A stretch of 64,000 bases of DNA from Bugula neritina (lineage: Eukaryota; Animalia; Bryozoa). The stretch lies in contig OZ037766.1 in the NCBI GenBank assembly GCA_964035545.1, positions 18,129,081-18,193,080 of the forward strand, in the 5' to 3' direction. The notes under the pieces were generated by a model that was not told the origin of the DNA, ran no database searches, and saw nothing but the letters and a program-made list of their open reading frames with translations. The position numbers and the translations under genes were made by a program. The first letter of the stretch is position 1; the number at the start of each line of letters is the position of its first letter. This document shows positions 14,501 to 31,180 of the stretch, piece by piece.

Positions 14501-17500
14501 TTGTAACATACTGAAATATACTGCAACATACTGAAATACACTGTAACATACTGAAATATATTGCAAAATACTGCAACATACTGAAATACACTGTAACATA
14601 CTCAAATACATTGTATCATATTGCAATATGCTATAACTCACTGAAATATACTGCAACTTAGTGAAATATACTGTAACATACTGAAATATACTGCAACATA
14701 CTGAAATACACTGTAACATACAGAAGTACGCTGTAACATACAGAAATACACTGCAACATACTGCAACATACTGAAATACACTGTAACATACTGAAACACA
14801 CTGCAACATACTGAAATATACTGCAACATACTGGAACATACTGGAATATACTGTAACCCACTGAAATATACTGCAACATACTGAAATATACTGCAAGATA
14901 CTGAAACCTACTGTAATACACTGTAACATACTGAAATACACTGCAACATGCAACATACTGAAATACACTGTAACATATTGAAATACATTGCAACACATTG
15001 AAATAAGTTGCAAGATACCGAAATATACTGCAACATACTGAAAGACACTAAAACTCACTGAAGTATAGTGAAAAATCTAAAAATGCACTGTGGCATACTG
15101 AAATATACTGAAACACGCTGAAATATACTGGAACATACTGAAATAAACTGTAACATACTGAGATATACTGCAAGATACTGAAATATGCTACAACTCACTG
15201 AAGTATAGTGTAATTTACGGAAATGTACTGTAACATACTGAAATTTATTGTAACATACTGAATTACACTGCAACATACTGAAAAACACTGTAACATACTG
15301 AAAGACACTAAAACTCACTGAAGTATAGTGTAATATTTGCAAATGCACTGTAATATATTGAAATTTACTGTAACACAGTGAAATATACTGTAACATACTG
15401 AAATATACTGTAACATACTGAGATATACTGCAAGATACTGAAATATACTACAACTCACTGAAGTATAGTGTAATTTACGAAAATGTACTGTAACATACTG
15501 GAATTTATTGTAACATACTGAATTATACTGCAACATACTGGAATACACTGTAACATACTGAAACATATTGCAAAATACTGCAACATACTGAAATACACTG
15601 TAACATACTGAAAGACGCCGTATCATACTGAAATATACTATAACCCACTGAAATATACTGCAACATACTGAAAAATACTGTAACATACTGAAATATACTG
15701 CAACATACTGAAATACACTGTAACATACAGAAATACACTGCAACATACTGCAGCATACTGCAACATACTGCAACATGCTGAAATACACTGTAACATACTG
15801 AAATATATTGCAAAATACTGCAACATACTGAAATACACTGTAACATACAGAAATACACTGCAACACACTGCAGCATACTGCAACATGCTGCAACATACTG
15901 AAATACACTGTAACATATTGAAATACACTGCAACACATTGAAATTTGCTGTAACATACTGAGATATACTGCAAGACACTGAAATATACTACAGCTCACTG
16001 AAGTATAGTGTAATTTACGGAAATGTACTGTAACATACTGAAATTTATTGTAACATACTGAAATATACTGCAACATACTGAAATACACTGTAACATACTG
16101 AAATATATTGCAAAATACTGCAACATACTGAAATACACTGTAACATGCTCAAATACATTGTATCATATTGCAATATGCTATAACCCACTGAAATATACTG
16201 CAACTTAGTGAAATATACTGTAACATACTGAAATATACTGCAACATACTGAAATACACTGTAACATACAGAAGTACGCTGTAACATTCAGAAATACACTG
16301 CAACATACTGCAACATACTGAAATACACTGTAACATACTGAAACACACTGCAACATACTGAAATATACTGCAACATACTTGAACATACTGGAATATACTG
16401 TAACCCACTGAAATATACTGCAACATACTGAAATATACTGTAACATACTGAAATATATTGCAAAATACTGCAACATACTTAAATACACTGTAACATACTG
16501 AAAGACACTAAAACTCACTGAAGTATAGTGTAATATCTGGAAATGCACTGTGACATACTGAAATATACTGAAACACGCTGAATTATACTGCAACATACTG
16601 AAATACACTGCAACATACTGAAATACACTGTAACATACTGAAAGACACTAAAACTCACTGAAGTATAGTGTAATACCTGCAAATGCACTGTAACATATTG
16701 AAATTTACTGTAACACAGTGAAATATACTGTAACATACTGAAATATACTGTAACATACTGAGATATACTGCAAGATACTGAAATATACTACAACTCTCTG
16801 AAGTATAGTGTAATTTACGAAAATGTACTGTAACATACTGAAATTTATTGTAACATACTGAGTTATACTGCAACATACTGAAATACACTGTAACATACTG
16901 AAACATATTGCAAAGTACTGCAACATACTGAAATACACTGTAACATACTGAAAGACGCTGTATCATAATGAAATATACTATAACCCACTGAAATATACTG
17001 CAACATACTGAAATATACTGTAACAAACTGAAATATACTGCAACATACTGAAATACACTGTAACATACAGAAATACACTGCAACATACTGCAGCAAACTG
17101 CAACATACTGCAACATACTGAAATACACTGTAACATATTGAAATACACTGCAACACATTGAAATATGCTTCAACATACCGAAATATATGGTAACCTACTG
17201 AAATATGTTGCAAACTACTGAAATATATTGCAACATACTGCAACTTAATGAAATATACTGTAACATACTGAAATATACTGGAAGATACTGAAACCTACTG
17301 AAATACACTGTAACATACTGAAATACACTGCAACATACTGCAACATACTGAAATACACTGTAACATATTGAAATACATTGCAACACATTGAAATAAGTTG
17401 CAAGATACTGAATTATACTGCAACATACTGAAAGACACTAAAACTCACTGAAGTATAGTGAAAAATCTGAAAATGCACTGTGGCATACTGAAATATACTG

Positions 17501-20210
17501 AAACACGCTGAAATATACTGGAACATACTGAAATAAACTGCAACATACTGAGATATACTGCAAGATACTGAAATATACTACAACTCACTGAAGTATAGTG
17601 TAGTTTGCAGAAATGTACTGTAACACACTGAAATTTATTGTATCATGCTGAAATATACGGCAACGTACTGAAATACACTGTAACATACTGAAATATATTG
17701 CAAAATACTGCAACATACTGAAGTATGCTGCAACATACTGAAAGACACTAAAACTCACTGAAGTATAGTGTAATATCTGCAAATGCACTGTAACATACTG
17801 AAATTACTGTAACACACTGAAATATACTGTAACATACTGAAATATACTGTAACATACGGAGATATACTGCGAGATACTGAAATATACTACAACTCACTGA
17901 AGTATAGTGTAATTTTCGGAAATGTACTGTAACATACTGAATTTTATGGTAACATACTGAATTATACTGCAACATACTGAAATATACTGTAACGTACTGA
18001 AATATGTTGCAAAATACTGCAACATACTGAAATACACTGTAACATACTGAAATACGCTGTATCATACTGAAATATACTATAACCCACTGAAATATACTGC
18101 AACATACTGAAATATACTGTAACATACTGAAATATACTGCAACATACTGAAATACACTGTAACATACAGAAATACACTGCAACATACTGCAGCATACTGC
18201 AACATGCTGCAACATACTGAAATACACTGTAACATATTGAAATACACTGCAACACATTGAAATTTGCTGTAACATACTGAGATATACTGCAAGACACTGA
18301 AATATACTACAGCTCACTGAAGTATAGTGTAATTTACGGAAATGTACTGTAACATACTGAAATTTATTGTAACATACCGAAATATACTGCAACATACTGA
18401 AATACACTGTAACATACTGAAATATATTGCAAAATACTGCAACATACTGAAATACACTGTAACATACTCAAATACATTGTATCATATTGCAATATGCTAT
18501 AACTCACTGAAATATACTGCAACTTAGTGAAATATACTGTAACATACTGAAATATACTGCAACATACTGAAATACACTGTAACATACAGAAGTACGCTGT
18601 AACATACAGAAATACACTGCAACATACTGCAACATACTGAAATACACTGTAACATACTGAAACACACTGCAACATACTGAAATATACTGCAACATACTGG
18701 AACATACTGGAATATACTGTAACCCACTGAAATATACTGCAACATACTGAAATATACTGCAAGATACTGAAACCTACTGTAATACACTGTAACATACTGA
18801 AATACACTGCAACATGCTGCAACATACTGAAATACACTGTAACATATTGAAATACATTGCAACACATTGAAATAAGTTGCAAGATACCGAAATATACTGC
18901 AACATACTGAAAGACACTAAAACTCACTGAAGTATAGTGAAAAATCTAAAAATGCACTGTGGCATACTGAAATATACTGAAACACGCTGAAATATACTGG
19001 AACATACTGAAATAAACTGTAACATACTGAGATATACTGCAAGATACTGAAATATGCTACAACTCACTGAAGTATAGTGTAATTTACGGAAATGTACTGT
19101 ATCATACTGAAATTTATTGTAACATACTGAATTACACTGCAACATACTGAAAAACACTGTAACATACTGAAAGACACTAAAACTCACTGAAGTATAGTGT
19201 AATATCTGCAAATGCACTGTAATATATTGAAATTTACTGTAACACAGTGAAATATACTGTAACATACTGAAATATACTGTAACATACTGAGATATACTGC
19301 AAGATACTGAAATATACTACAACTCACTGAAGTATAGTGTAATTTACGAAAATGTACTGTAACATACTGGAATTTATTGTAACATACTGAATTATACTGC
19401 AACATACTGGAATACACTGTAACATACTGAAACATATTGCAAAATACTGCAACATACTGAAATACACTGTAACATACTGAAAGACGCCGTATCATACTGA
19501 AATATACTATAACCCACTGAAATATACTGCAACATACTGAAAAATACTGTAACATACTGAAATATACTGCAACATACTGAAATACACTGTAACATACAGA
19601 AATACACTGCAACATACTGCAGCATACTGCAACATACTGCAACATGCTGAAATACACTGTAACATACTGAAATATATTGCAAAATACTGCAACATACTGA
19701 AATACACTGTAACATACAGAAATACACTGCAACATACTGCAGCATACTGCAACATGCTGCAACATACTGAAATACACTGTAACATATTGAAATACACTGC
19801 AACACATTGAAATTTGCTGTAACATACTGAGATATACTGCAAGACACTGAAACATACTACAGCTCACTGAAGTATAGTGTAATTTACGGAAATGTACTGT
19901 AACATACTGAAATTTATTGTAACATACTGAAATATACTGCAACATACTGAAATACACTGTAACATACTGAAATATATTGCAAAATACTGCAACATACTGA
20001 AATACACTGTAACATGCTCAAATACATTGTATCATATTGCAATATGCTATAACCCACTGAAATATACTGCAACTTAGTGAAATATAATGTAACATACTGA
20101 AATATACTGCAACATACTGAAATACACTGTAACATACAGAAGTACGCTGTAACATTCAGAAATACACTGCAACATACTGCAACATACTGAAATACACTGT
20201 AACATACTGA
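2571..20210 (+). repeat. Tandem duplication, period 9845 bp (copy 1 2571-12415; partial copy 2 12416 to about 20210), containing the 3866-bp duplication
   Basis: Offsets 2574->12419, 4653->14498 and 10069->19914 all equal 9845. Deletions at 4091, 5100 and 7957 recur at 13936, 14945 and 17802. Confidence 0.92.
2704..10450 (+). repeat. Tandem duplication, period 3866/3869 bp (copy 1 about 2704-6569, copy 2 about 6570-10450)
   Basis: Matching variant patterns and ORF-track offsets: 2944->6810 and 4037->7903 (3866), 5210->9079 and 5470->9339 (3869). The 1-bp deletion is shared at 4091 and 7957; the 3-bp deletion is in copy 1 only. Confidence 0.9.
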
Positions 20211-21870
20211 AATATATTGCAAAATACTGCAACATACTGAAATACACTGTAACATACTGAAAGACACTAAAACTCACTGAAGTATAGTGTAATATCTGGA
20301 AATACACTGTAACATACTGAAACACACTGCAACATACTGAAATATACTGCAACATACTGGAACATACTGGAATATACTGTAACCCACTGAAATATACTGC
20401 AACATACTGAAATATACTGCAAGATACTGAAACCTACTGTAATACACTGTAACATACTGAAATACACTGCAACATGCTGCAACATACTGAAATACACTGT
20501 AACATATTGAAATACATTGCAACACATTGAAATAAGTTGCAAGATACCGAAATATACTGCAACATACTGAAAGACACTAAAACTCACTGAAGTATAGTGA
20601 AAAATCTAAAAATGCACTGTGGCATACTGAAATATACTGAAACACGCTGAAATATACTGGAACATACTGAAATAAACTGTAACATACTGAGATATACTGC
20701 AAGATACTGAAATATGCTACAACTCACTGAAGTATAGTGTAATTTACGGAAATGTACTGTAACATACTGAAATTTATTGTAACATACTGAATTACACTGC
20801 AACATACTGAAAAACACTGTAACATACTGAAAGACACTAAAACTCACTGAAGTATAGTGTAATATCTGCAAATGCACTGTAATATATTGAAATTTACTGT
20901 AACACAGTGAAATATACTGTAACATACTGAAATATACTGTAACATACTGAGATATACTGCAAGATACTGAAATATACTACAACTCACTGAAGTATAGTGT
21001 AATTTACGAAAATGTACTGTAACATACTGGAATTTATTGTAACATACTGAATTATACTGCAACATACTGGAATACACTGTAACATACTGAAACATATTGC
21101 AAAATACTGCAACATACTGAAATACACTGTAACATACTGAAAGACGCCGTATCATACTGAAATATACTATAACCCACTGAAATATACTGCAACATACTGA
21201 AAAATACTGTAACATACTGAAATATACTGCAACATACTGAAATACACTGTAACATACAGAAATACACTGCAACATACTGCAGCATACTGCAACATACTGC
21301 AACATGCTGAAATACACTGTAACATACTGAAATATATTGCAAAATACTGCAACATACTGAAATACACTGTAACATACAGAAATACACTGCAACATACTGC
21401 AGCATACTGCAACATGCTGCAACATACTGAAATACACTGTAACATATTGAAATACACTGCAACACATTGAAATTTGCTGTAACATACTGAGATATACTGC
21501 AAGACACTGAAACATACTACAGCTCACTGAAGTATAGTGTAATTTACGGAAATGTACTGTAACATACTGAAATTTATTGTAACATACTGAAATATACTGC
21601 AACATACTGAAATACACTGTAACATACTGAAATATATTGCAAAATACTGCAACATACTGAAATACACTGTAACATGCTCAAATACATTGTATCATATTGC
21701 AATATGCTATAACCCACTGAAATATACTGCAACTTAGTGAAATATAATGTAACATACTGAAATATACTGCAACATACTGAAATACACTGTAACATACAGA
21801 AGTACGCTGTAACATTCAGAAATACACTGCAACATACTGCAACATACTGAAATACACTGTAACATACTGA
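18641..21870 (+). repeat. Tandem duplication, period 1660 bp (1550-bp unit plus 110 bp of junction sequence)
   Basis: Offsets 18924->20584, 19184->20844 and 19914->21574 equal 1660. Diagnostic AACCTACTGT is at 18771 and 20431. Confidence 0.85.
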
Positions 21871-23900
21871 AACACACTGCAACATACTGAAATATACTGC
21901 AACATACTGGAACATACTGGAATATACTGTAACCCACTGAAATATACTGCAACATACTGAAATATACTGCAAGATACTGAAACCTACTGAAATACACTGT
22001 AACATACTGAAATACACTGCAACATGCTGCAACATACTGAAATACACTGTAACATATTGAAATACATTGCAACACATTGAAATAAGTTGCAAGATACCGA
22101 AATATACTGCAACATACTGAAAGACACTAAAACTCACTGAAGTATAGTGAAAAATCTAAAAATGCACTGTGGCATACTGAAATATACTGAAACACGCTGA
22201 AATATACTGGAACATACTGAAATAAACTGTAACATACTGAGATATACTGCAAGATACTGAAATATGCTACAACTCACTGAAGTATAGTGTAATTTACGGA
22301 AATGTACTGTAACATACTGAAATTTATTGTAACATACTGAATTATACTGCAACATACTGAAAAACACTGTAACATACTGAAAGACACTAAAACTCACTGA
22401 AGTATAGTGTAATATCTGCAAATGCACTGTAATATATTGAAATTTACTGTAACACAGTGAAATATACTGTAACATACTGAAATATACTGTAACATACTGA
22501 GATATACTGCAAGATACTGAAATATACTACAACTCACTGAAGTATAGTGTAATTTACGAAAATGTACTGTAACATACTGAAATTTATTGTAACATACTGA
22601 ATTATACTGCAACATACTGGAATACACTGTAACATACTGAAACATATTGCAAAATACTGCAACATACTGAAATACGCTGTAACATACTGAAAGACGCCGT
22701 ATCATACTGAAATATACTATAACCCACTGAAATATACTGCAACATACTGAAAAAAACTGTAACATACTGAAATATACTGCAACATACTGAAATACACTGT
22801 AACATACAGAAATACACTGCAACATACTGCAGCATACTGCAACATGCTGCAACACGCTGAAATACACTGTAACATACTGAAATATATTGCAAAATACTGC
22901 AACATACTGAAATACACTGTAACATACTGAAAGACACTAAAACTCACTGAAGTATAGTGTAATATCTGGAAATGCACTGTGACATACTGAAATATACTGA
23001 AACACGCTGAAATATACTGCAACATACTGAAATATACTGTAACATACCGAAATTTATTGTAACATACCGAATTATACTGCAACATACTGAAATATACTGT
23101 AACATACTGAAATATATTGCAAAATACTGCAACATACTTAAATACACTGTAACATACTGAAAGACACTAAAACTCACTGAAGTATAGTGTAATATCTGGA
23201 AATGCACTGTGACATACTGAAATATACTGAAACACGCTGAAATATACTTCAACATACTGAAATATACCTAAAAATATTGAAACATACTGAAATACACTGT
23301 AACATGCTGAAATACACTGTATCATACTGAAGTATACTGTAACGCACTGAAATATACTGCAACATACTGAATTATACTGAAACATACTGCAATATCCTGA
23401 AATATACTGCAACATGCTGAAATATACTGCAAGACACTGAAACCTATTGAAATACACTGTAACATACTGATATACACTGCAACACACTGAAATACACTGT
23501 AACATACAGACATACACTGCAACACACTGCAGCATACTGCAACATGCTGCAACATACTGAAATACACTGTAACATATTGAAATACACTGCAACACATTGA
23601 AATATGCTGTAACATACTGAGATATACTGCAAGACACTGAAATATACTACAGCTCACTGAAGTATAGTGTAATTTACGGAAATGTACTGTAACATACTGA
23701 AATTTATTGTAACATACTGAAATATACTGCAACATACTGAAATACACTGTAACATACTGAAATATATTGCAAAATACTGCAACATACTGAAATACACTGT
23801 AACATACTCAAATACATTGTATCATACTGGAATATGCTATAACCCACTGAAATATACTGCAACTTACTGAAATATACTGTAACATACTGAAATATACTGC
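20301..23900 (+). repeat. Block matching 8796-12395 (offset 11505 bp)
   Basis: Offsets 9079->20584, 10629->22134 and 11817->23322 equal 11505. The rare variant AAAAAACTGT is shared at 11246 and 22751. Confidence 0.88.
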
Positions 23901-26900
23901 AACATACTGAAATACACTGTAACATACAGAAGTACGCTGTAACATACAGAAATACACTGCAACATACTGCAACATACTGAAATACACTGTAACATACTGA
24001 AACACACTGCAACATACTGAAATATACTGCAACTTAGTGAAATATACTGTAACATACTGAAATATACTGCAACATACTGAAATACACTGTAACATACAGA
24101 AGTACGCTGTAACATTCAGAAATACACTGCAACATACTGCAACATACTGAAATACACTGTAACATACTGAAACACACTGCAACATACTGAAATATACTGC
24201 AACATACTGGAACATACTGGAATATACTGTAACCCACTGAAATATACTGCAACATACTGAAATATACTGCAAGATACTGAAACCTACTGAAATACACTGT
24301 AACATACTGAAATACACTGCAACATGCTGCAACATACTGAAATACACTGTAACATATTGAAATACATTGCAACACATTGAAATAAGTTGCAAGATACCGA
24401 AATATACTGCAACATACTGAAAGACACTAAAACTCACTGAAGTATAGTGAAAAATCTAAAAATGCACTGTGGCATACTGAAATATACTGAAACACGCTGA
24501 AATATACTGGAACATACTGAAATAAACTGTAACATACTGAGATATACTGCAAGATACTGAAATATGCTACAACTCACTGAAGTATAGTGTAATTTACGGA
24601 AATGTACTGTAACATACTGAAATTTATTGTAACATACTGAATTATACTGCAACATACTGAAAAACACTGTAACATACTGAAAGACACTAAAACTCACTGA
24701 AGTATAGTGTAATATCTGCAAATGCACTGTAATATATTGAAATTTACTGTAACACAGTGAAATATACTGTAACATACTGAAATATACTGTAACATACTGA
24801 GATACACTGCAAGATACTGAAATATACTACAACTCACTGAAGTATAGTGTAATTTACGAAAATGTACTGTAACATACTGAAATTTATTGTAACATACTGA
24901 ATTATACTGCAACATACTGGAATACACTGTAACATACTGAAACATATTGCAAAATACTGCAACATACTGAAATACGCTGTAACATACTGAAAGACGCCAT
25001 ATCATACTGAAATATACTATAACCCACTGAAATATACTGCAACATACTGAAAAATACTGTAACATACTGAAATATACTGCAACATACTGAAATACACTGT
25101 AACATACAGAAATACACTGCAACATACTGCAGCATACTGCAACATACTGCAACACGCTGAAATACACTGTAACATACTGAAATATATTGCAAAATACTGC
25201 AACATACTGAAATACACTGTAACATACTGAAAGACACTAAAACTCACTGAAGTATAGTGTAATATCTGGAAATGCACTGTGACATACTGAAATATACTGA
25301 AACACGCTGAAATATACTGCAACATACTGAAATATACTGTAACATACCGAAATTTATTGTAACATACCGAATTATACTGCAACATACTGAAATATACTGT
25401 AACATACTGAAATATATTGCAAAATACTGCAACATACTTAAATACACTGTAACATACTGAAAGACACTAAAACTCACTGAAGTATAGTGTAATATCTGGA
25501 AATGCACTGTGACATACTGAAATATACTGAAACACGCTGAAATATACTTCAACATACTGAAATATACCTAAAAATATTGAAACATACTGAAATACACTGT
25601 AACATGCTGAAATACACTGTATCATACTGAAGTATACTGTAACGCACTGAAATATACTGCAACATACTGAATTATACTGAAACATACTGCAATATCCTGA
25701 AATATACTGCAACATGCTGAAATATACTGCAAGACACTGAAACCTACTGAAATACACTGTAACATACTGATATACACTGCAACATACTGAAATACACTGT
25801 AACATACAGACATACACTGCAACATACTGCAGCATACTGCAACATGCTGCAACATACTGAAATACACTGTAACATATTGAAATACACTGCAACACATTGA
25901 AATATGCTGTAACATACTGAGATATACTGCAAGACACTGAAATATACTACAGCTCACTGAAGTATAGTGTAATTTACGGAAATGTACTGTAACATACTGA
26001 AATTTATTGTAACATACTGAAATATACTGCAACATACTGAAATACACTGTAACATACTGAAATATATTGCAAAATACTGCAACATACTGAAATACACTGT
26101 AACATACTCAAATACATTGTATCATACTGGAATATGCTATAACCCACTGAAATATACTGCAACTTACTGAAATATACTGTAACATACTGAAATATACTGC
26201 AACATACTGAAATACACTGTAACATACAGAAGTACGCTGTAACATACAGAAATACACTGCAACATACTGCAACATACTGAAATACACTGTAACATACTGA
26301 AACACACTGCAACATACTGAAATATACTGCAACATACTGGAACATACTGGAATATACTGTAACCCACTGAAATATACTGCAACATACTGAAATATGCTGC
26401 AAGATACTGAAACCTACTGAAATACACTGTAACATACTGAAATACACTGCAACATGCTGCAACATACTGAAATACACTGTAACATATTGAAATACATTGC
26501 AACGCATTGAAATAAGTTGCAAGATACCGAAATATGCTGCAACATACTGAAAGACACTAAAACTCACTGAAGTATAGTGAAAAATTTAAAAATGCACTGT
26601 GGCATACTGAAATATACTGAAACACGCTGAAATATACTGGAACATACTGAAATAAACTGTAACATACTGAGATATACTGCAAGATACTGAAATATACTAC
26701 AACTCACTGAAGTATAGCGTAATTTGCAGAAATGTACTGTAACACACTGAAATTTATTGTAACATACTGAATTATACTGCAACATACTGAAAAACACTGT
26801 AACATACTGAAAGACACTAAAACTCACTGAAGTATAGTGTAATATCTGCAAATGCACTGTAATATATTGAAATTTACTGTAACACAGTGAAATATACTGT

Positions 26901-29900
26901 AACATACTGAAATATACTGTAACATACTGAGATATACTGCAAGATACTGAAATATACTACAACTCACTGAAGTATAGTGTAATTTACGAAAATGTACTGT
27001 AACATACTGAAATTTATTGTAACATACTGAATTATACTGCAACATACTGGAATACACTGTAACATACTGAAACATATTGCAAAATACTGCAACATACTGA
27101 AATACGCTGTAACATACTGAAAGACGCCGTATCATACTGAAATATACTATAACCCACTGAAATATACTGCAACATACTGAAAAAAACTGTAACATACTGA
27201 AATATACTGCAACATACTGAAATACACTGTAACATACAGAAATACACTGCAACATACTGCAGCATACTGCAACATGCTGCAACACGCTGAAATACACTGT
27301 AACATACTGAAATATATTGCAAAATACTGCAACATACTGAAATACACTGTAACATACTGAAAGACACTAAAACTCACTGAAGTATAGTGTAATATCTGGA
27401 AATGCACTGTGACATACTGAAATATACTGAAACACGCTGAAATATACTGCAACATACTGAAATATACTGTAACATACCGAAATTTATTGTAACATACCGA
27501 ATTATACTGCAACATACTGAAATATACTGTAACATACTGAAATATATTGCAAAATACTGCAACATACTTAAATACACTGTAACATACTGAAAGACACTAA
27601 AACTCACTGAAGTATAGTGTAATATCTGGAAATGCACTGTGACATACTGAAATATACTGAAACACGCTGAAATATACTTCAACATACTGAAATATACCTA
27701 AAAATATTGAAACATACTGAAATACACTGTAACATGCTAAAATACACTGTATCATACTGAAGTATACTGTAACGCACTGAAATATACTGCAACATACTGA
27801 ATTATACTGAAACATACTGCAATATCCTGAAATATACTGCAACATGCTGAAATATACTGCAAGACACTGAAACCTATTGAAATACACTGTAACATACTGA
27901 TATACACTGCAACATACTGAAATACACTGTAACATACAGACATACACTGCAACACACTGCAGCATACTGCAACATGCTGCAACATACTGAAATACACTGT
28001 AACATATTGAAATACACTGCAACACATTGAAATATGCTGTAACATACTGAGATATACTGCAAGACACTGAAATATACTACAGCTCACTGAAGTATAGTGT
28101 AATTTACGGAAATGTACTGTAACATACTGAAATTTATTGTAACATACTGAAATATACTGCAACATACTGAAATACACTGTAACATACTGAAATATATTGC
28201 AAAATACTGCAACATACTGAAATACACTGTAACATACTCAAATACATTGTATCATACTGGAATATGCTATAACCCACTGAAATATACTGCAACTTACTGA
28301 AATATACTGTAACATACTGAAATATACTGCAACATACTGAAATACACTGTAACATACAGAAGTACGCTGTAACATACAGAAATACACTGCAACATACTGC
28401 AACATACTGAAATACACTGTAACATACTGAAACACACTGCAACATACTGAAATATACTGCAACTTAGTGAAATATACTGTAACATACTGAAATATACTGC
28501 AACATACTGAAATACACTGTAACATACAGAAGTACGCTGTAACATTCAGAAATACATTGCAACATACTGCAACATACTGAAATACACTGTAACATACTGA
28601 AACACACTGCAACATACTGAAATATACTGCAACATACTGGAACATACTGGAATATACTGTAACCCACTGAAATATACTGCAACATACTGAAATATACTGC
28701 AAGATACTGAAACCTACTGAAATACACTGTAACATACTGAAATACACTGCAACATGCTGCAACATACTGAAATACACTGTAACATATTGAAATACATTGC
28801 AACACATTGAAATAAGTTGCAAGATACCGAAATATACTGCAACATACTGAAAGACACTAAAACTCACTGAAGTAAAGTGAAAAATCTAAAAATGCACTGT
28901 GGCATACTGAAATATACTGAAACACGCTGAAATATACTGGAACATACTGAAATAAACTGTAACATACTGAGATATACTGCAAGATACTGAAATATGCTAC
29001 AACTCACTGAAGTATAGTGTAATTTACGGAAATGTACTGTAACATACTGAAATTTATTGTAACATACTGAATTATACTGCAACATACTGAAAAACACTGT
29101 AACATACTGAAAGACACTAAAACTCACTGAAGTATAGTGTAATATCTGCAAATGCACTGTAATATATTGAAATTTACTGTAACACAGTGAAATATACTGT
29201 AACATACTGAAATATACTGTAACATACTGAGATATACTGCAAGATACTGAAATATACTACAACTCACTGAAGTATAGTGTAATTTACGAAAATGTACTGT
29301 AACATACTGAAATTTATTGTAACATACTGAATTATACTGCAACATACTGGAATACACTGTAACATACTGAAACATATTGCAAAATACTGCAACATACTGA
29401 AATACGCTGTAACATACTGAAAGACGCCATATCATACTGAAATATACTATAACCCACTGAAATATACTGCAACATACTGAAAAATACTGTAACATACTGA
29501 AATATACTGCAACATACTGAAATACACTGTAACATACAGAAATACACTGCAACATACTGCAGCATACTGCAACATACTGCAACACGCTGAAATACACTGT
29601 AACATACTGAAATATATTGCAAAATACTGCAACATACTGAAATACACTGTAACATACTGAAAGACACTAAAACTCACTGAAGTATAGTGTAATATCTGGA
29701 AATGCACTGTGACATACTGAAATATACTGAAACACGCTGAAATATACTGCAACATACTGAAATATACTGTAACATACCGAAATTTATTGTAACATACCGA
29801 ATTATACTGCAACATACTGAAATATACTGTAACATACTGAAATATATTGCAAAATACTGCAACATACTTAAATACACTGTAACATACTGAAAGACACTAA

Positions 29901-31180
29901 AACTCACTGAAGTATAGTGTAATATCTGGAAATGCACTGTGACATACTGAAATATACTGAAACACGCTGAAATATACTTCAACATACTATAATATACCTA
30001 AAAATATTGAAACATACTGAAATACACTGTAACATGCTGAAATACACTGTATCATACTGAAGTATACTGTAACGCACTGAAATATACTGCAACATACTGA
30101 ATTATACTGAAACATACTGCAATATCCTGAAATATACTGCAACATGCTGAAATATACTGCAAGACACTGAAACCTACTGAAATACACTGTAACATACTGA
30201 TATACACTGCAACATACTGAAATACACTGTAACATACAGACATACACTGCAACATACTGCAGCATACTGCAACATGCTGCAACATACTGAAATACACTGT
30301 AACATATTGAAATACACTGCAACACATTGAAATATGCTGTAACATACTGAGATATACTGCAAGACACTGAAATATACTACAGCTCACTGAAGTATAGTGT
30401 AATTTACGGAAATGTACTGTAACATACTGAAATTTATTGTAACATACTGAAATATACTGCAACATACTGAAATACACTGTAACATACTGAAATATATTGC
30501 AAAATACTGCAACATACTGAAATACACTGTAACATACTCAAATACATTGTATCATACTGGAATATGCTATAACCCACTGAAATATACTGCAACTTACTGA
30601 AATATACTGTAACATACTGAAATATACTGCAATATACTGAAATACACTGTAACATACAGAAGTACGCTGTAACATACAGAAATACACTGCAACATACTGC
30701 AACATACTGAAATACACTGTAACATACTGAAACACACTGCAACATACTGAAATATACTGCAACATACTGGAACATACTGGAATATACTGTAACCCACTGA
30801 AATATACTGCAACATACTGAAATATGCTGCAAGATACTGAAACCTACTGAAATACACTGTAACATACTGAAATACACTGCAACATGCTGCAACATACTGA
30901 AATACACTGTAACATATTGAAATACATTGCAACGCATTGAAATAAGTTGCAAGATACCGAAATATGCTGCAACATACTGAAAGACACTAAAACTCACTGA
31001 AGTATAGTGAAAAATTTAAAAATGCACTGTGGCATACTGAAATATACTGAAACACGCTGAAATATACTGGAACATACTGAAATAAACTGTAACATACTGA
31101 GATATACTGCAAGATACTGAAATATACTACAACTCACTGAAGTATAGCGTAATTTGCAGAAATGTACTGTAACACACTGA
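22321..31180 (+). repeat. Two tandem copies of a 4430-bp higher-order unit, itself made of 2300-bp and 2130-bp subunits
   Basis: Offsets 22394->26824, 24694->29124 and 23808->28238 equal 4430. Subunit offsets are 22134->24434 (2300) and 24434->26564 (2130). Confidence 0.9.

Noticed and set aside
18342-18527. The only plus-strand ORF (61 aa)
   Set aside because: It is created by a single T-to-C variant (AACATACCGA at 18371) that removes a TGA stop present in the paralogues.
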